From: an uncultured Planctomycetia bacterium
GTDB taxonomy: Bacteria > Omnitrophota > Gorgyraeia > Tantalellales > Tantalellaceae
Direction: 5' to 3'
Length of the DNA stretch: 64,000 nt
Assembly: GCA_964527765.1 (NCBI GenBank)
Contig: CAZGQR010000004.1
Span: 64,083-128,082, forward strand
Shown: positions 37,926 through 47,283 of the stretch, piece after piece
How the letters are laid out: each line of letters starts with the position of its first letter
How positions within the stretch are numbered: position 1 is the first letter of the stretch
Translations under genes and position numbers: made by a program
Notes under the pieces: generated by a model
What the model was told of the DNA's origin: nothing
Seen by the model: only the letters and a program-made list of their open reading frames with translations
The model's database searches: none

Positions 37926-38923
37926 AAATCGTTATATTCACAGAAGGCGGCAGAGAAACAGGTTTCGGTCATACTGTAAGATGCTCGGCTTTGTCCGCCG
38001 CACTCAGGGCCAGGGGCATGGATCCCAGGATCTTAATAAAAGGGGATAAAAGCGTAAGGTCTTTTTTTGACGGCGCGGAATACGAAATCGTTAACTGGCT
38101 GTGCCTGGATAGGAAGGTTTTGGAAGACATAACGGCGGATGCGGATATGATAATAATTGATTCATATTTGGCCAAGCCGGGCTTTTACGAATATATATCG
38201 GAAAAAGTAAAATTACCGGTATATATAGACGATGATAATAGGATCGCGTACCCGAGAGGCATTGTTATAAACGGAAGTCTAAGCGCGAAAAAGTTGGGCT
38301 ATGTGAACAAAGCAGGGCTTAAGCATGTCCTTGGAGCAGAATATATCATGCTGAACCGCACCTTTCATGATGTCCCCGAAAAGGTGATTTCCAGGGATAT
38401 GAGAAGCGTTATGGTGACTTTTGGGGGCAGCGATCCCTGCAGGATGACATCCAAAACACTCAGATTTCTGGTTGAGAACTATCCTCATTTAACGAAAAAG
38501 GTGATCATAGGCAGAGCTTTTGATGATGTTTCAAAAATAGAAAAGGAAAAAGACAGCAGCACCCAGGTCATTTTATTCCCGAACGTTGGGAAGATGTTAG
38601 ATATCATGATGGAAGCGGATACGGCGATATCCGCCGGCGGGCAGACTCTTTATGAGCTTGCCAGGATCGGGGTCCCCACGATAGCGGTGACAATAGCGGA
38701 TAATCAGCTGTCTGAAGTGGAGACCCTGGAAAAGGACAAGATCCTGAAATACGCGGGGCCATGTGATTTTCCCGGGATATGGGAAAAAGTTTCGAATTGC
38801 ATGGATGAATTTAAAGAGGTCTCCGAACGCCGCAACTATTCCAAAAGAAGCCGAGAGCTGATAGACGGACATGGCGCATACAGGATAGCGGATCTTTTGC
38901 TGAGGGAGGCAACATGTTGCTGA
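37922..38923 (+). CDS. pseG: UDP-2,4-diacetamido-2,4,6-trideoxy-beta-L-altropyranose hydrolase, PseG (GT28-like)
   Basis: MKIVIFTEGGRETGFGHTVRCSALSAAL matches the PseG N-terminal motif (GxGHxxR). C-terminal MurG-like half. Confidence 0.75.
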   Translation: MKIVIFTEGGRETGFGHTVRCSALSAALRARGMDPRILIKGDKSVRSFFDGAEYEIVNWLCLDRKVLEDITADADMIIIDSYLAKPGFYEYISEKVKLPVYIDDDNRIAYPRGIVINGSLSAKKLGYVNKAGLKHVLGAEYIMLNRTFHDVPEKVISRDMRSVMVTFGGSDPCRMTSKTLRFLVENYPHLTKKVIIGRAFDDVSKIEKEKDSSTQVILFPNVGKMLDIMMEADTAISAGGQTLYELARIGVPTIAVTIADNQLSEVETLEKDKILKYAGPCDFPGIWEKVSNCMDEFKEVSERRNYSKRSRELIDGHGAYRIADLLLREATCC

Positions 38924-39603
38924 AGGATTTGGAAGGACTGAAGTTCCCCGATGATTATGTCATAAAATTCTTTTTTAAGGAGAAATTGGACGTTTCAACA
39001 GGGAGAGTATTGGAATTCGGATGCAGTAACGGAAATAACCTGATGTTGTTTTTTCAATTTGGGTGGGAAGTAATCGGGGTGGACAAAGATAAAAAGCTGC
39101 TGGAGATGGGGAGCAGGAATTTCGCCAAATGCCGCAAAGAACATAATCTATCCAATCAATTCGATTTGATTTGCCAAGACATGATCGATTTCGTAAAAAG
39201 TCATGGTGGTTTGGTCCTCGACGTGCTTTTATTGCCCAATATTATCTGCTATCTGAGTTATTCTCAGATTTTGGAGTTTTTCCGCGAAATAAAAAAGGCG
39301 GGAATGCTAAAGAAGGGTTCATTAATATTTATACGCACAAGAGACCTGAAAGACTACAGGTTCGGGAAGGGCGAAAGGATCGACAGCAATACATACAGGC
39401 TCAAGATAGGGGAAACGGGAGAGAACGGGTGCATAAATACGTTTCTTTCACCGGAGGAGCTGGCAGGTATAGTGGAGAAGAATTTTGAACTTGAATATAA
39501 ACATCTGTTCGAATGCTATTTCGATAACCGCCAAATGGATCGTTTAGTCGGCAATGCCGATATAATCTTTTGGGGGAAAGTGCAAAATACGACCAAAGCA
39601 TAG
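38914..39603 (+). CDS. Class I SAM-dependent methyltransferase
   Basis: Motif I VLEFGCSNGNNL with the acidic residue GVDKD. Confidence 0.55.
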   Translation: MLLKDLEGLKFPDDYVIKFFFKEKLDVSTGRVLEFGCSNGNNLMLFFQFGWEVIGVDKDKKLLEMGSRNFAKCRKEHNLSNQFDLICQDMIDFVKSHGGLVLDVLLLPNIICYLSYSQILEFFREIKKAGMLKKGSLIFIRTRDLKDYRFGKGERIDSNTYRLKIGETGENGCINTFLSPEELAGIVEKNFELEYKHLFECYFDNRQMDRLVGNADIIFWGKVQNTTKA

Positions 39604-39606
39604 AAT

Positions 39607-40377
39607 ATGAAATGTGCCATAATGCAACCCACATATTTTCCATGGATCGGATATTTTGATCTATTGTCGCAGGTCGACAAGTTTGTCTTCCTGGATGATG
39701 TTCAGTTGGCCAGACGTAGCTGGCAGGTAAGGAACAGGATAAAAACCGCAAATGGAGAACTTTATCTTACAGTCCCCGTATTGAAGACGAAAAGCAGGGA
39801 TGAGCAGGTGATTTGCGGATCACATATGTGTCCGGAAAAGCAATGGAGGCAGAAACATATAAACTCTATCAGGTTTTCGTATAAAAAGTCCGGATTTTTT
39901 CATGAAATAATTTCCATGGTGGAGGAGCTTATAAATGCAGATACGTCCGACTTATCCACTTTTAATATTAATATCATCAAAAGGATCTCTCGGGGGATAG
40001 GCATCAATACAAATTTTCTCAAAGCATCCGAACTTAAAGGCGTTAGCGGCGCCAAGGACTATCGTCTGGCTTCGATCTGCAAGAAAATAGAATGCGATGA
40101 ATATGTCTCGCCGCCCGGGGCCGCAGATTATATCGAAAAGGAATCTCCGGGGGGCGTATTCCGGATCGAGGGCATAAAACTTTATTACCATAGGTATAGA
40201 CACCCTGTTTATCCTCAGCTTTACGGCGATTTTCTGGAATATATGAGCATTATCGATTTACTGCTTAATTGCGGTTTGGGTGAAAGTCTGCAGATTATAA
40301 AAAAGGGGTCCGTAGAGGCGATCAGCTCTCCGGAATTTCGGAAGAATCATTTTAATGATGAGGAGTCTGATTTATGA
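39607..40377 (+). CDS. WbqC-like family protein (unknown function, polysaccharide loci)
   Basis: MKCAIMQPTYFPWIGYFDLLSQVDKFVFLDDVQLARRSWQVRNRIK matches the WbqC-like family N-terminus. Confidence 0.6.
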   Translation: MKCAIMQPTYFPWIGYFDLLSQVDKFVFLDDVQLARRSWQVRNRIKTANGELYLTVPVLKTKSRDEQVICGSHMCPEKQWRQKHINSIRFSYKKSGFFHEIISMVEELINADTSDLSTFNINIIKRISRGIGINTNFLKASELKGVSGAKDYRLASICKKIECDEYVSPPGAADYIEKESPGGVFRIEGIKLYYHRYRHPVYPQLYGDFLEYMSIIDLLLNCGLGESLQIIKKGSVEAISSPEFRKNHFNDEESDL

Positions 40378-41426
40378 ACAGGGAAATTTGCATAGGCAAC
40401 CGGTCCATAGGGGGAAGGAACCCCCTTTTTGTTGTAGCGGAGATTTCGGCTAATCATGCCCAAAAATTCGATAGAGCGGTCGAATTGATAAATAAAGCCA
40501 AAGAATGCGGCGCTGATGCGGTGAAATTTCAAACTTACACGCCGGATACTTTAACTTTGGACATTGACAGCAAATACTTTCAGATAGAACATCCTGAATG
40601 GGGCGGAAGGACATTGTACAGCCTGTATCAAAAAGCGCATACCCCTTGGAAATGGTTTAAGAAGCTTAAAGAAACGGCTGACAACGTCGGAATTGTATTT
40701 TTTTCCACTGCTTTCGACAGAACTTCAGTCGATTTTCTGGAGGGAATAGGCGTCCCCGTGCATAAAATATCTTCTTTTGAGCTGGTTGACCTCCCCCTTA
40801 TTGAATACGCGGCAAAAACGGGAAAGCCGCTCATTTTATCGACGGGCATGGCGACTATCGCAGAAATAAGAGAAGCGGTAAATGCGGCGAGAAAGGCGGG
40901 AGCAAAGGAAGTCATCCTGCTTAAATGCGCGAGCAGTTATCCCGCTGTTCCGGAAGACATGAACCTGAAAACCATCCTTCATATGAAAGAATTCTTCAAA
41001 TCCCATGTCGGGCTTTCCGATCATACTTTAGGGATAGAGACATCAATAGCGGCCGTATCGCTTGGGGCCGTTATGGTCGAGAAACATTTTACTTTGTCCA
41101 GGAAATTTAAAACGCCTGACAGTTTTTTCTCGATAGAACCGGGAGAATTGAAGCAGTTAGTGAAGAGTGTAAGAATAGCAGAGCGCGCACTGGGAAAAAT
41201 CCAATACGGACCTGTGGAGAACGAAAAAAAGAGCATGGCTTTCAGGAAGTCTTTATTTGCTGCGGAAGATATCGAAAAGGGAGAAGTCTTCACCGATAGC
41301 AATATACGGGCCGTGAGACCGGCCAATGGTTTAAAGCCAAAATGTCTAAAGACTATTTTAGGGAAAAAGGCACGAAAAAAGATAAGAAAAGGGATTCCCT
41401 TGGATCGGACTCATGTCGGGAAGTAG
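40374..41426 (+). CDS. pseI: Pseudaminic acid synthase, PseI (NeuB family with SAF domain)
   Basis: FVVAEISANHAQKFDRAVELINKAKECGADAVKFQTY matches the PseI-type N-terminus (SANH rather than GVNH). C-terminal SAF domain. Confidence 0.85.
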   Translation: MNREICIGNRSIGGRNPLFVVAEISANHAQKFDRAVELINKAKECGADAVKFQTYTPDTLTLDIDSKYFQIEHPEWGGRTLYSLYQKAHTPWKWFKKLKETADNVGIVFFSTAFDRTSVDFLEGIGVPVHKISSFELVDLPLIEYAAKTGKPLILSTGMATIAEIREAVNAARKAGAKEVILLKCASSYPAVPEDMNLKTILHMKEFFKSHVGLSDHTLGIETSIAAVSLGAVMVEKHFTLSRKFKTPDSFFSIEPGELKQLVKSVRIAERALGKIQYGPVENEKKSMAFRKSLFAAEDIEKGEVFTDSNIRAVRPANGLKPKCLKTILGKKARKKIRKGIPLDRTHVGK

Positions 41427-41453
41427 CCGAAAAACGTATTACGGGCAAAAAAT

Positions 41454-43895
41454 ATGCATTATAGAAACAATATGGATTTCAGATTTTCGTCAAAAGCGGA
41501 TGTTCTTGAGTGGCTGAGACCGCGGGTGAAACATTCCTGCGTGGAGAAGCTCTACGTATGCACCGTTGATCGATGGATGAAGGACGCGGACACGGTGTTC
41601 AGGGAAATACAGAAAGAGTTCCCGGAAGGCAGGATTGTTATGAGAAGTTCTTCGCTGCAGGAGGACGGGTTGACCGGTTCCAGAGCGGGATATTTCAAAA
41701 GCGTACTCGACCTTCCGGTCCTGTTTTCCAGGACAGAAGCCGCCGCTGCCGCGATAATCGATTCTTACAAGAGGGCGGAACGCGACGGAACAGGCGGAGG
41801 ACCTGGCACGGACAGGGAGCAGATCCTGGTGCAGTCGCAAACCGGAAATATCCGCGTGAGCGGGGTGGTCTTCACACGTCAGATAGAGACTAACGCGCCT
41901 TATTACGTGATCAATTATGATGATAGGAGCGGCAGGACGGATACGGTTACCGGCGGGATGGAAGGCAAAGTGATATATATTTCACATTTTGCCGATGCAT
42001 CATCCGACGCAAGATGGAGAGGGCTGATACGGGCGGTCAAGGAACTTGAATTCCTGTTCAAGGGGGCGGTCCTCGATATAGAGTTTGCTATTACGGGGGA
42101 AGGTAAGGTGGTCATTTTTCAGGTCAGGCCCCTCGCGGCGAACCGTGATATCGCGATGCCCGAGGACGGGTTTACCAGGCATCTTATAGAGGATATGGTG
42201 AAGAAATTCAGCCGCTTCTCGCAGCGCGTGCCTCATCTGGCCGGCGAGACCACCGTTTTAGGCGATATGCCCGACTGGAACCCCTCGGAGATCATAGGCA
42301 GCCGGCCGAATACTCTTGACTACACGATGTACAGCTTTATCGTGACGGATGAAGTCTGGCACGAAGCAAGAAGCTCTCTTGGGTACTATGACGTCTATCC
42401 CGCGGAACTCATGCTTTCTTTTGGCAAAAAACCCTATATCGACGCAAGGGCGAGCTTTAATTCTTTCACCCCCGCCGATATGCCACATGAGCTCAGGGAA
42501 AAACTGGTGAATTACTATCTGGATAAGCTGAGGAAAAATCCTGCCTATCAGGATAAGGTGGAATTTGAAATATTGTGGACCTGCTATGATTTTTTGACAG
42601 CAAAGAAACTGAATATATTGTCAAAGCACGGGTTCAGCAGCGCGGATATTGACACTTTTTCAAAGGCGCTGAAGGGCCTTACAAACAGCATACTGAAGGA
42701 TTCCCGCGGCATCACGGAACACGACCTGAAACAGGTGAAACTTTTGACCGAGCGGCGGGACAGGATCATGCGGTTTTACGGGAAGAGCGATAAAACGCCC
42801 TGGAATTCGCTCCATACGGCCTACGGCATCCTGCAAAACTGCAAAAGGTTCGGGACATTCCCTTTTTCCAGACAGGCGCGACTGGCTTTTATAGCAAAAA
42901 GTTTTCTCATTAGCCTCAGAAAAGAAGAGGTTGTTTCGGAGGAATTCTACCATGACTTTCTGAACTCGATACGCACCGTAGCTTCCGAATTCAATGATGA
43001 TTTTTATCGTCTGCAGAACGGGGAGCTAGACAAAGATTCTTTCATCGGGCAGTACGGACATCTAAGAGCCGGGACATATGACATCACCACCCCCAGATAT
43101 GATAGCTCTTCCAATCTCTTTGACGGACAGGCCGACGCAAAGGCGGTCCGGCGCCCGATGTACGGTTTTAACGCGCCAAAGAAGGTCCTGAAGAATATTG
43201 ATAAACTGATGGAACTTCACGGCATACACGGGAACGGCGCGTACCTGATGGATTTCATGAGATCGGCCGTCAGGAACAGGGAATGCGCCAAATTCGAATT
43301 TACCAGAAGCCTGAGCGACGCGTTGGAATTGATCGCCGAAGCCGGAAAAATGCTGGGCTTTGACCGTGAGCAATTATGTCACGCGGATCTTCCCACGATC
43401 ATGAAATTTCGCAATCCCGAACACGGCGATTCGGATTATGCCCGGAAGATCATAAAGCAGTCCATAGACAGACATAAGAAGGAAAGAGAATGGTATGACG
43501 CGGTCATTCTCCCTCCCGTGATAATTTCCGAGAGGGATTTTTATTATGTGGAACCTTATGAGGCGATACCGAATTTTATTACGCGCAAGTCCGTAAAGGG
43601 CCGGATCATTACTTTCGACGAGATAAAACACATGAAAGAACATGTTTTAGAGGGCCGTATCGTGCTTCTGGAAAATGCGGATCCCGGGTTTGACTGGATA
43701 TTTACAAAAAGACCTCTGGGGATAGTTACCAAGTACGGAGGGGTGGCTTCCCACATGTCCATAAGATGCGCCGAGTTTGGCATACCGGCCGCGATAGGAT
43801 GCGGCGACGTTATTTATGATGGCCTGAAAAAGGCGAAACTTGTCGAACTGGACTGCATGAGGAAGACCGTAAGGCCGTTAAACAGTCATGGATAA
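41454..43895 (+). CDS. PPDK/PEP-synthase-like ATP-dependent kinase lacking a PEP-binding TIM barrel; candidate L-glutamine kinase (Cj1418-like)
   Basis: N-terminal ATP-grasp/PPDK_N-like region. C-terminal PEP-utiliser swivel domain with phosphohistidine motif GGVASHMSIRCAEFGIPAAIG. Protein ends about 55 aa after the His, so there is no PEP/pyruvate-binding domain, as in small-molecule kinases of this fold. Followed by C26, NTase and APS-kinase-like genes in the same order as cj1418c-cj1415c. Confidence 0.65.
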   Translation: MHYRNNMDFRFSSKADVLEWLRPRVKHSCVEKLYVCTVDRWMKDADTVFREIQKEFPEGRIVMRSSSLQEDGLTGSRAGYFKSVLDLPVLFSRTEAAAAAIIDSYKRAERDGTGGGPGTDREQILVQSQTGNIRVSGVVFTRQIETNAPYYVINYDDRSGRTDTVTGGMEGKVIYISHFADASSDARWRGLIRAVKELEFLFKGAVLDIEFAITGEGKVVIFQVRPLAANRDIAMPEDGFTRHLIEDMVKKFSRFSQRVPHLAGETTVLGDMPDWNPSEIIGSRPNTLDYTMYSFIVTDEVWHEARSSLGYYDVYPAELMLSFGKKPYIDARASFNSFTPADMPHELREKLVNYYLDKLRKNPAYQDKVEFEILWTCYDFLTAKKLNILSKHGFSSADIDTFSKALKGLTNSILKDSRGITEHDLKQVKLLTERRDRIMRFYGKSDKTPWNSLHTAYGILQNCKRFGTFPFSRQARLAFIAKSFLISLRKEEVVSEEFYHDFLNSIRTVASEFNDDFYRLQNGELDKDSFIGQYGHLRAGTYDITTPRYDSSSNLFDGQADAKAVRRPMYGFNAPKKVLKNIDKLMELHGIHGNGAYLMDFMRSAVRNRECAKFEFTRSLSDALELIAEAGKMLGFDREQLCHADLPTIMKFRNPEHGDSDYARKIIKQSIDRHKKEREWYDAVILPPVIISERDFYYVEPYEAIPNFITRKSVKGRIITFDEIKHMKEHVLEGRIVLLENADPGFDWIFTKRPLGIVTKYGGVASHMSIRCAEFGIPAAIGCGDVIYDGLKKAKLVELDCMRKTVRPLNSHG

Positions 43896-44592
43896 TATGT
43901 ATTATGCGATCTCACTGAGCGTCGAGCCGGGCGATGTTCCCCGGGATTTTCTGTATACCGACTATCGCTTTTTTTTCGAGAAGTTCGGATGTAGACTCGT
44001 TTATCTACCCAATCACGCCGGTGCGATTGGATCCTATTTTGACGATTTACCGCTCAGCGGGGTGATATTGTCCGGCGGCAACGATCTGAGCGCCGAGTTC
44101 ACCGGCCAGGTGGATCTTGACATACGTAACCCGGCGCCGGGGCGGGATGCTGCGGAAAAAAAGATACTTGATCTCGCCGTTGCGAGAAAAATGCCCGTGT
44201 TGGGCATATGCCGCGGCATGCAGTTTATAAACTGTTATTTCGGAGGATCTATAACGCAAAAGATCGGAGAGCAAGGGGGTGCGAAACAGCCGCACGTGAA
44301 GCGGAAACATATGATCGCGATCTGTGATAATGAAACGTCTGAATTTTTAGGTGCAAAAGAGATGGAGGTCAATTCTTATCATCATCAAGGCATAAAAAAA
44401 GACCAGGTTGCCGCGGATTTAAAGATAATGGCGATATCTCCCGGGGACGGGATCGTAGAAGCGGTTTATCATCCTTCATTGCCGCTGGTGGGCGTGCAAT
44501 GGCATCCCGAGAGAGAAGGCTCCTCGCCAGAAGTAAATGACAGGTTGATTGAAGCGTTTGTGTGGAGAAAACATCACTGGAAGGATAAATGA
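43888..44592 (+). CDS. Class I glutamine amidotransferase-like / peptidase C26 hydrolase (Cj1417-like candidate gamma-glutamyl-CDP-amidate hydrolase)
   Basis: Nucleophile elbow GICRGMQFIN and His-Glu VQWHPE. Confidence 0.7.
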   Translation: MDNMYYAISLSVEPGDVPRDFLYTDYRFFFEKFGCRLVYLPNHAGAIGSYFDDLPLSGVILSGGNDLSAEFTGQVDLDIRNPAPGRDAAEKKILDLAVARKMPVLGICRGMQFINCYFGGSITQKIGEQGGAKQPHVKRKHMIAICDNETSEFLGAKEMEVNSYHHQGIKKDQVAADLKIMAISPGDGIVEAVYHPSLPLVGVQWHPEREGSSPEVNDRLIEAFVWRKHHWKDK

Positions 44593-45371
44593 TGAAGGCC
44601 ATTATACTTGCCGCCGGTGAAGGAAAAAGGCTGAAACCGTTTGCGGAAAATATGCCGAAATGCCTTATAGAACTTGAAGGCAAGAGTATACTTGACCGAC
44701 AGATAGAGGTAATACGCCGTTGTGGGATAGATGACGTAATAGTCGTAAAAGGGTACATGGCGAACAGGATCAACCGCAAAGATGTCCATTATTATTTTAA
44801 CAAGGATTATGGCACGACAAATATGGTCATGACATTGTGGTGCGCCGAAAAGGAATTGAAGGGTGAGGTAGTCGTTTCTTATGGCGACATCGTATATAAC
44901 GAGGAAGTGCTCCGTAGTCTAATCGATTCCGCCCACGACATATCCGTTGTAGTGGATGTCGCCTGGGAGAAGTACTGGAAAATGCGGTTTGACGACCCCT
45001 TGAAAGATGCCGAAGCTTTTAAGATGGACAGAACAGGACGGATAGAAATTATCGGTCAGAGAGCTGAAAGGATTTCGGATATCGAAGCGGGTTACATAGG
45101 ATTGGTCAAGTTTCGGGGCGGGGGGATGAAAGCTTTTAGGGAATCGTTCTTGAACGCGCGAAACGTTTCCAGGAACGGGGGGAAGGCATGGGGCGCGCCC
45201 CGACCATTCGAAAAATCCTATATGACAGACATGCTCCAGGGGCTGGTCAATGAAGGTCATGACGTATACGGGGTCAAGGTGGAAGGCGGCTGGGTAGAAA
45301 TAGATTCACCCAGCGATTATGATCTGGCGAAAAAGTTGTTTGTGGACGGAAAAATCAAAGCACTGGTTTAA
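44589..45371 (+). CDS. Short-form nucleotidyltransferase (Cj1416-like candidate CTP:phosphoglutamine cytidylyltransferase)
   Basis: MKAIILAAGEGKRLKPFAENMPKCLIEL G-loop signature. 260 aa. Confidence 0.7.
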   Translation: MMKAIILAAGEGKRLKPFAENMPKCLIELEGKSILDRQIEVIRRCGIDDVIVVKGYMANRINRKDVHYYFNKDYGTTNMVMTLWCAEKELKGEVVVSYGDIVYNEEVLRSLIDSAHDISVVVDVAWEKYWKMRFDDPLKDAEAFKMDRTGRIEIIGQRAERISDIEAGYIGLVKFRGGGMKAFRESFLNARNVSRNGGKAWGAPRPFEKSYMTDMLQGLVNEGHDVYGVKVEGGWVEIDSPSDYDLAKKLFVDGKIKALV

Positions 45372-45387
45372 AAAGGAAAGACAGATC

Positions 45388-46677
45388 ATGAAAACCATAT
45401 TTATTGGCGGGATTCAGAGAAGCGGCGGTTCTTTATTGGCGCGTTTATTCGATGGTCACCCGGATATTGCAAGTTATCCCGTGGAATGCAGTTTTCCCGT
45501 GAATAATAAGATCTATCCCGTTTTTGAAAATTATACCGGCATTCCCTTGACCATGCCGTTGTTTGATCCGACGGCTGATAAGGACATTTTTGAGATAACG
45601 AATACCCCTTCTGAAAAACCGAAAGTGATACTTAAATTCGGAAAGGAAAAGGAAGATCTGATAGGCGTGCGCAGGAACTATCTGGAAAAGGAATATTATG
45701 ACACGGTTAAAACCGACTTTGACTTTTTCAGATTCAAAGCGCTTTTTACTTCTTATGCGGAGGTGGCTAAAACAATAGAGGAACTTTACGACGCGAAACA
45801 CAGAGCTTACTTCGCCGCCTGGGATAACGGGATGCATTCCGGGAGCATGAAATTTGTTTCATGGCATTCCAGTTCCGGGATATACCTTACGAATATAGAC
45901 AGATATTTTAGCGAGTTCAAGGATTCATTTTTCATCCACCCGTTACGGGATATTATGGGGTATATTGCGTCTGAAAAAACAAGATTAACGAGGCAATATT
46001 ATGGTTCACGCCGTTTTCCGAAAATGAAAATGCCCAATATTTTTGTCAAGAAATTCAAGAACTATGATCTGGAAGCTCAGATCAGAGGATGGATGGCCAC
46101 GTTGACCCGGGTGGTTCTCCTGCAGGAACGATTCGGGGTGCGGGACAGGTTTTTTGTCGTCAGATACGAAAATATTGCAAATGATGCTGAATCTGTCATG
46201 AGATCTTTATGCGAAAAAATAGGCTTGGATTTTCATAATACTTTGCTTGAACCCACAATAGGCGGTTATCCCTGGGGCGGGAATTCGCACCAGGGCAAAC
46301 AGCGGGGCATTAATAAGGATTTAAGTTCATATTATCCGCAGGTCCTGACATCGCAGGAAATCAGGCTTATTGATAGATCCACGGCGCCCATTAGAGAATA
46401 TCTTGATCGATGCAAAGAGACCCCGGCAGATTTGGGGAAGATTCGTAAAAAGCATTTGTATGATTATGAATATCAGAAAAGATATTTCGACGACGAAGAA
46501 AAACTCTTTTTATATTACGCGCTTGTAAACAGCGGCAGGCGGAAGATAACGGTCAAGAACCCCGACTTTACGGCGATCATCGCTTTTTTGTATAAAAAGA
46601 TAATCCATCTTATTCATATACCACGCTTGCTTAAATTGAGGTTTTTTCACGGATGGGGGAAGCAGAACTATACATAG
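45388..46677 (+). CDS. Sulfotransferase-fold protein (Sulfotransfer_3-like) with PAPS-type 5'-PSB and 3'-PB motifs
   Basis: 5'-PSB loop GGIQRSGGSLLARLF. 3'-PB-like HPLRDIMGYIAS (R-x7-S). Start set at ATG 45388 (MKTIFIGG) after an AAAGGAAAG RBS; the ORF-track extension to 45319 overlaps the upstream gene. Confidence 0.65.
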   Translation: MKTIFIGGIQRSGGSLLARLFDGHPDIASYPVECSFPVNNKIYPVFENYTGIPLTMPLFDPTADKDIFEITNTPSEKPKVILKFGKEKEDLIGVRRNYLEKEYYDTVKTDFDFFRFKALFTSYAEVAKTIEELYDAKHRAYFAAWDNGMHSGSMKFVSWHSSSGIYLTNIDRYFSEFKDSFFIHPLRDIMGYIASEKTRLTRQYYGSRRFPKMKMPNIFVKKFKNYDLEAQIRGWMATLTRVVLLQERFGVRDRFFVVRYENIANDAESVMRSLCEKIGLDFHNTLLEPTIGGYPWGGNSHQGKQRGINKDLSSYYPQVLTSQEIRLIDRSTAPIREYLDRCKETPADLGKIRKKHLYDYEYQKRYFDDEEKLFLYYALVNSGRRKITVKNPDFTAIIAFLYKKIIHLIHIPRLLKLRFFHGWGKQNYT

Positions 46678-46737
46678 AGAGATTGCTCCGCGACATGAAG
46701 ACATGTACGAGCAAAGCGCATTGAAAGAGAGGCTTGT

Positions 46738-47271
46738 ATGGGGCACATAATATTGCTAACGGGTATTTCCGGTTCGGGCAAGACCACGCTGGGGAATGCT
46801 TTGAAAGACGTTCTTACCCGGGAGGGCAGGCGGCCGGTTGAATTTATCGACGGCGACACAACACGTGAGTTTTTGGGTAATGATCTGGGTTATGCCCCGC
46901 GGGACCGGTTGTTGATAACGAAACAGATAGCATACGCGGCGTATTTATTGTCTAAGAACGGCATTGATGTCATTGTGGCCAATATCGCCGGCAGCTATGA
47001 GATCCGGGATTATTTGAGGGGGAAATGGGAACGGTATATACAGATTTTTCTGGATGCCGACATCGAAGACTGTATCAAAAATGACCGCAAGGGCGTTTAC
47101 GGGAAAGCCCTGGAATCGGAAAAACCCTGGCTTTACGGGATAGATATGCTCTATGAAAAGCCGCGTAGCCCCGACTTAACGGTATATCCTTACAAGGAAA
47201 GCGTGAAAGAAAGTCTTAGCAGGATAATAGATTGTTTGACGGGAAGGAAATTTTTCACAGTAAAAAATTAA
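46738..47271 (+). CDS. Adenylylsulfate (APS) kinase-family P-loop kinase (Cj1415-like candidate cytidine diphosphoramidate 3'-kinase)
   Basis: P-loop ILLTGISGSGKTTLGNAL. IDGDTTREFLGNDLGYAPRDR and KGVYGKA align with the CysC DGDNIR...LGFS..DR and KGLYKKA blocks. Confidence 0.8.
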   Translation: MGHIILLTGISGSGKTTLGNALKDVLTREGRRPVEFIDGDTTREFLGNDLGYAPRDRLLITKQIAYAAYLLSKNGIDVIVANIAGSYEIRDYLRGKWERYIQIFLDADIEDCIKNDRKGVYGKALESEKPWLYGIDMLYEKPRSPDLTVYPYKESVKESLSRIIDCLTGRKFFTVKN

Positions 47272-47283
47272 CTTGGGGAGATC

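Noticed and set aside
41454-43895. Annotating the 813-aa protein as phosphoenolpyruvate synthase or pyruvate phosphate dikinase
   Set aside because: The protein ends about 55 aa after the phosphohistidine swivel domain and has no PEP/pyruvate-binding TIM-barrel domain, so it cannot be a complete PpsA/PPDK. The architecture and neighbours fit a small-molecule kinase of the Cj1418 type instead.
46738-47271. Calling the CysC-like gene a bona fide APS kinase and the locus a sulfate-assimilation locus
   Set aside because: No ATP sulfurylase or PAPS reductase is present in 64 kb, and the gene sits in Cj1415-like position after Cj1418/1417/1416-like genes. It is kept as an alternative that a genome-wide search could confirm.
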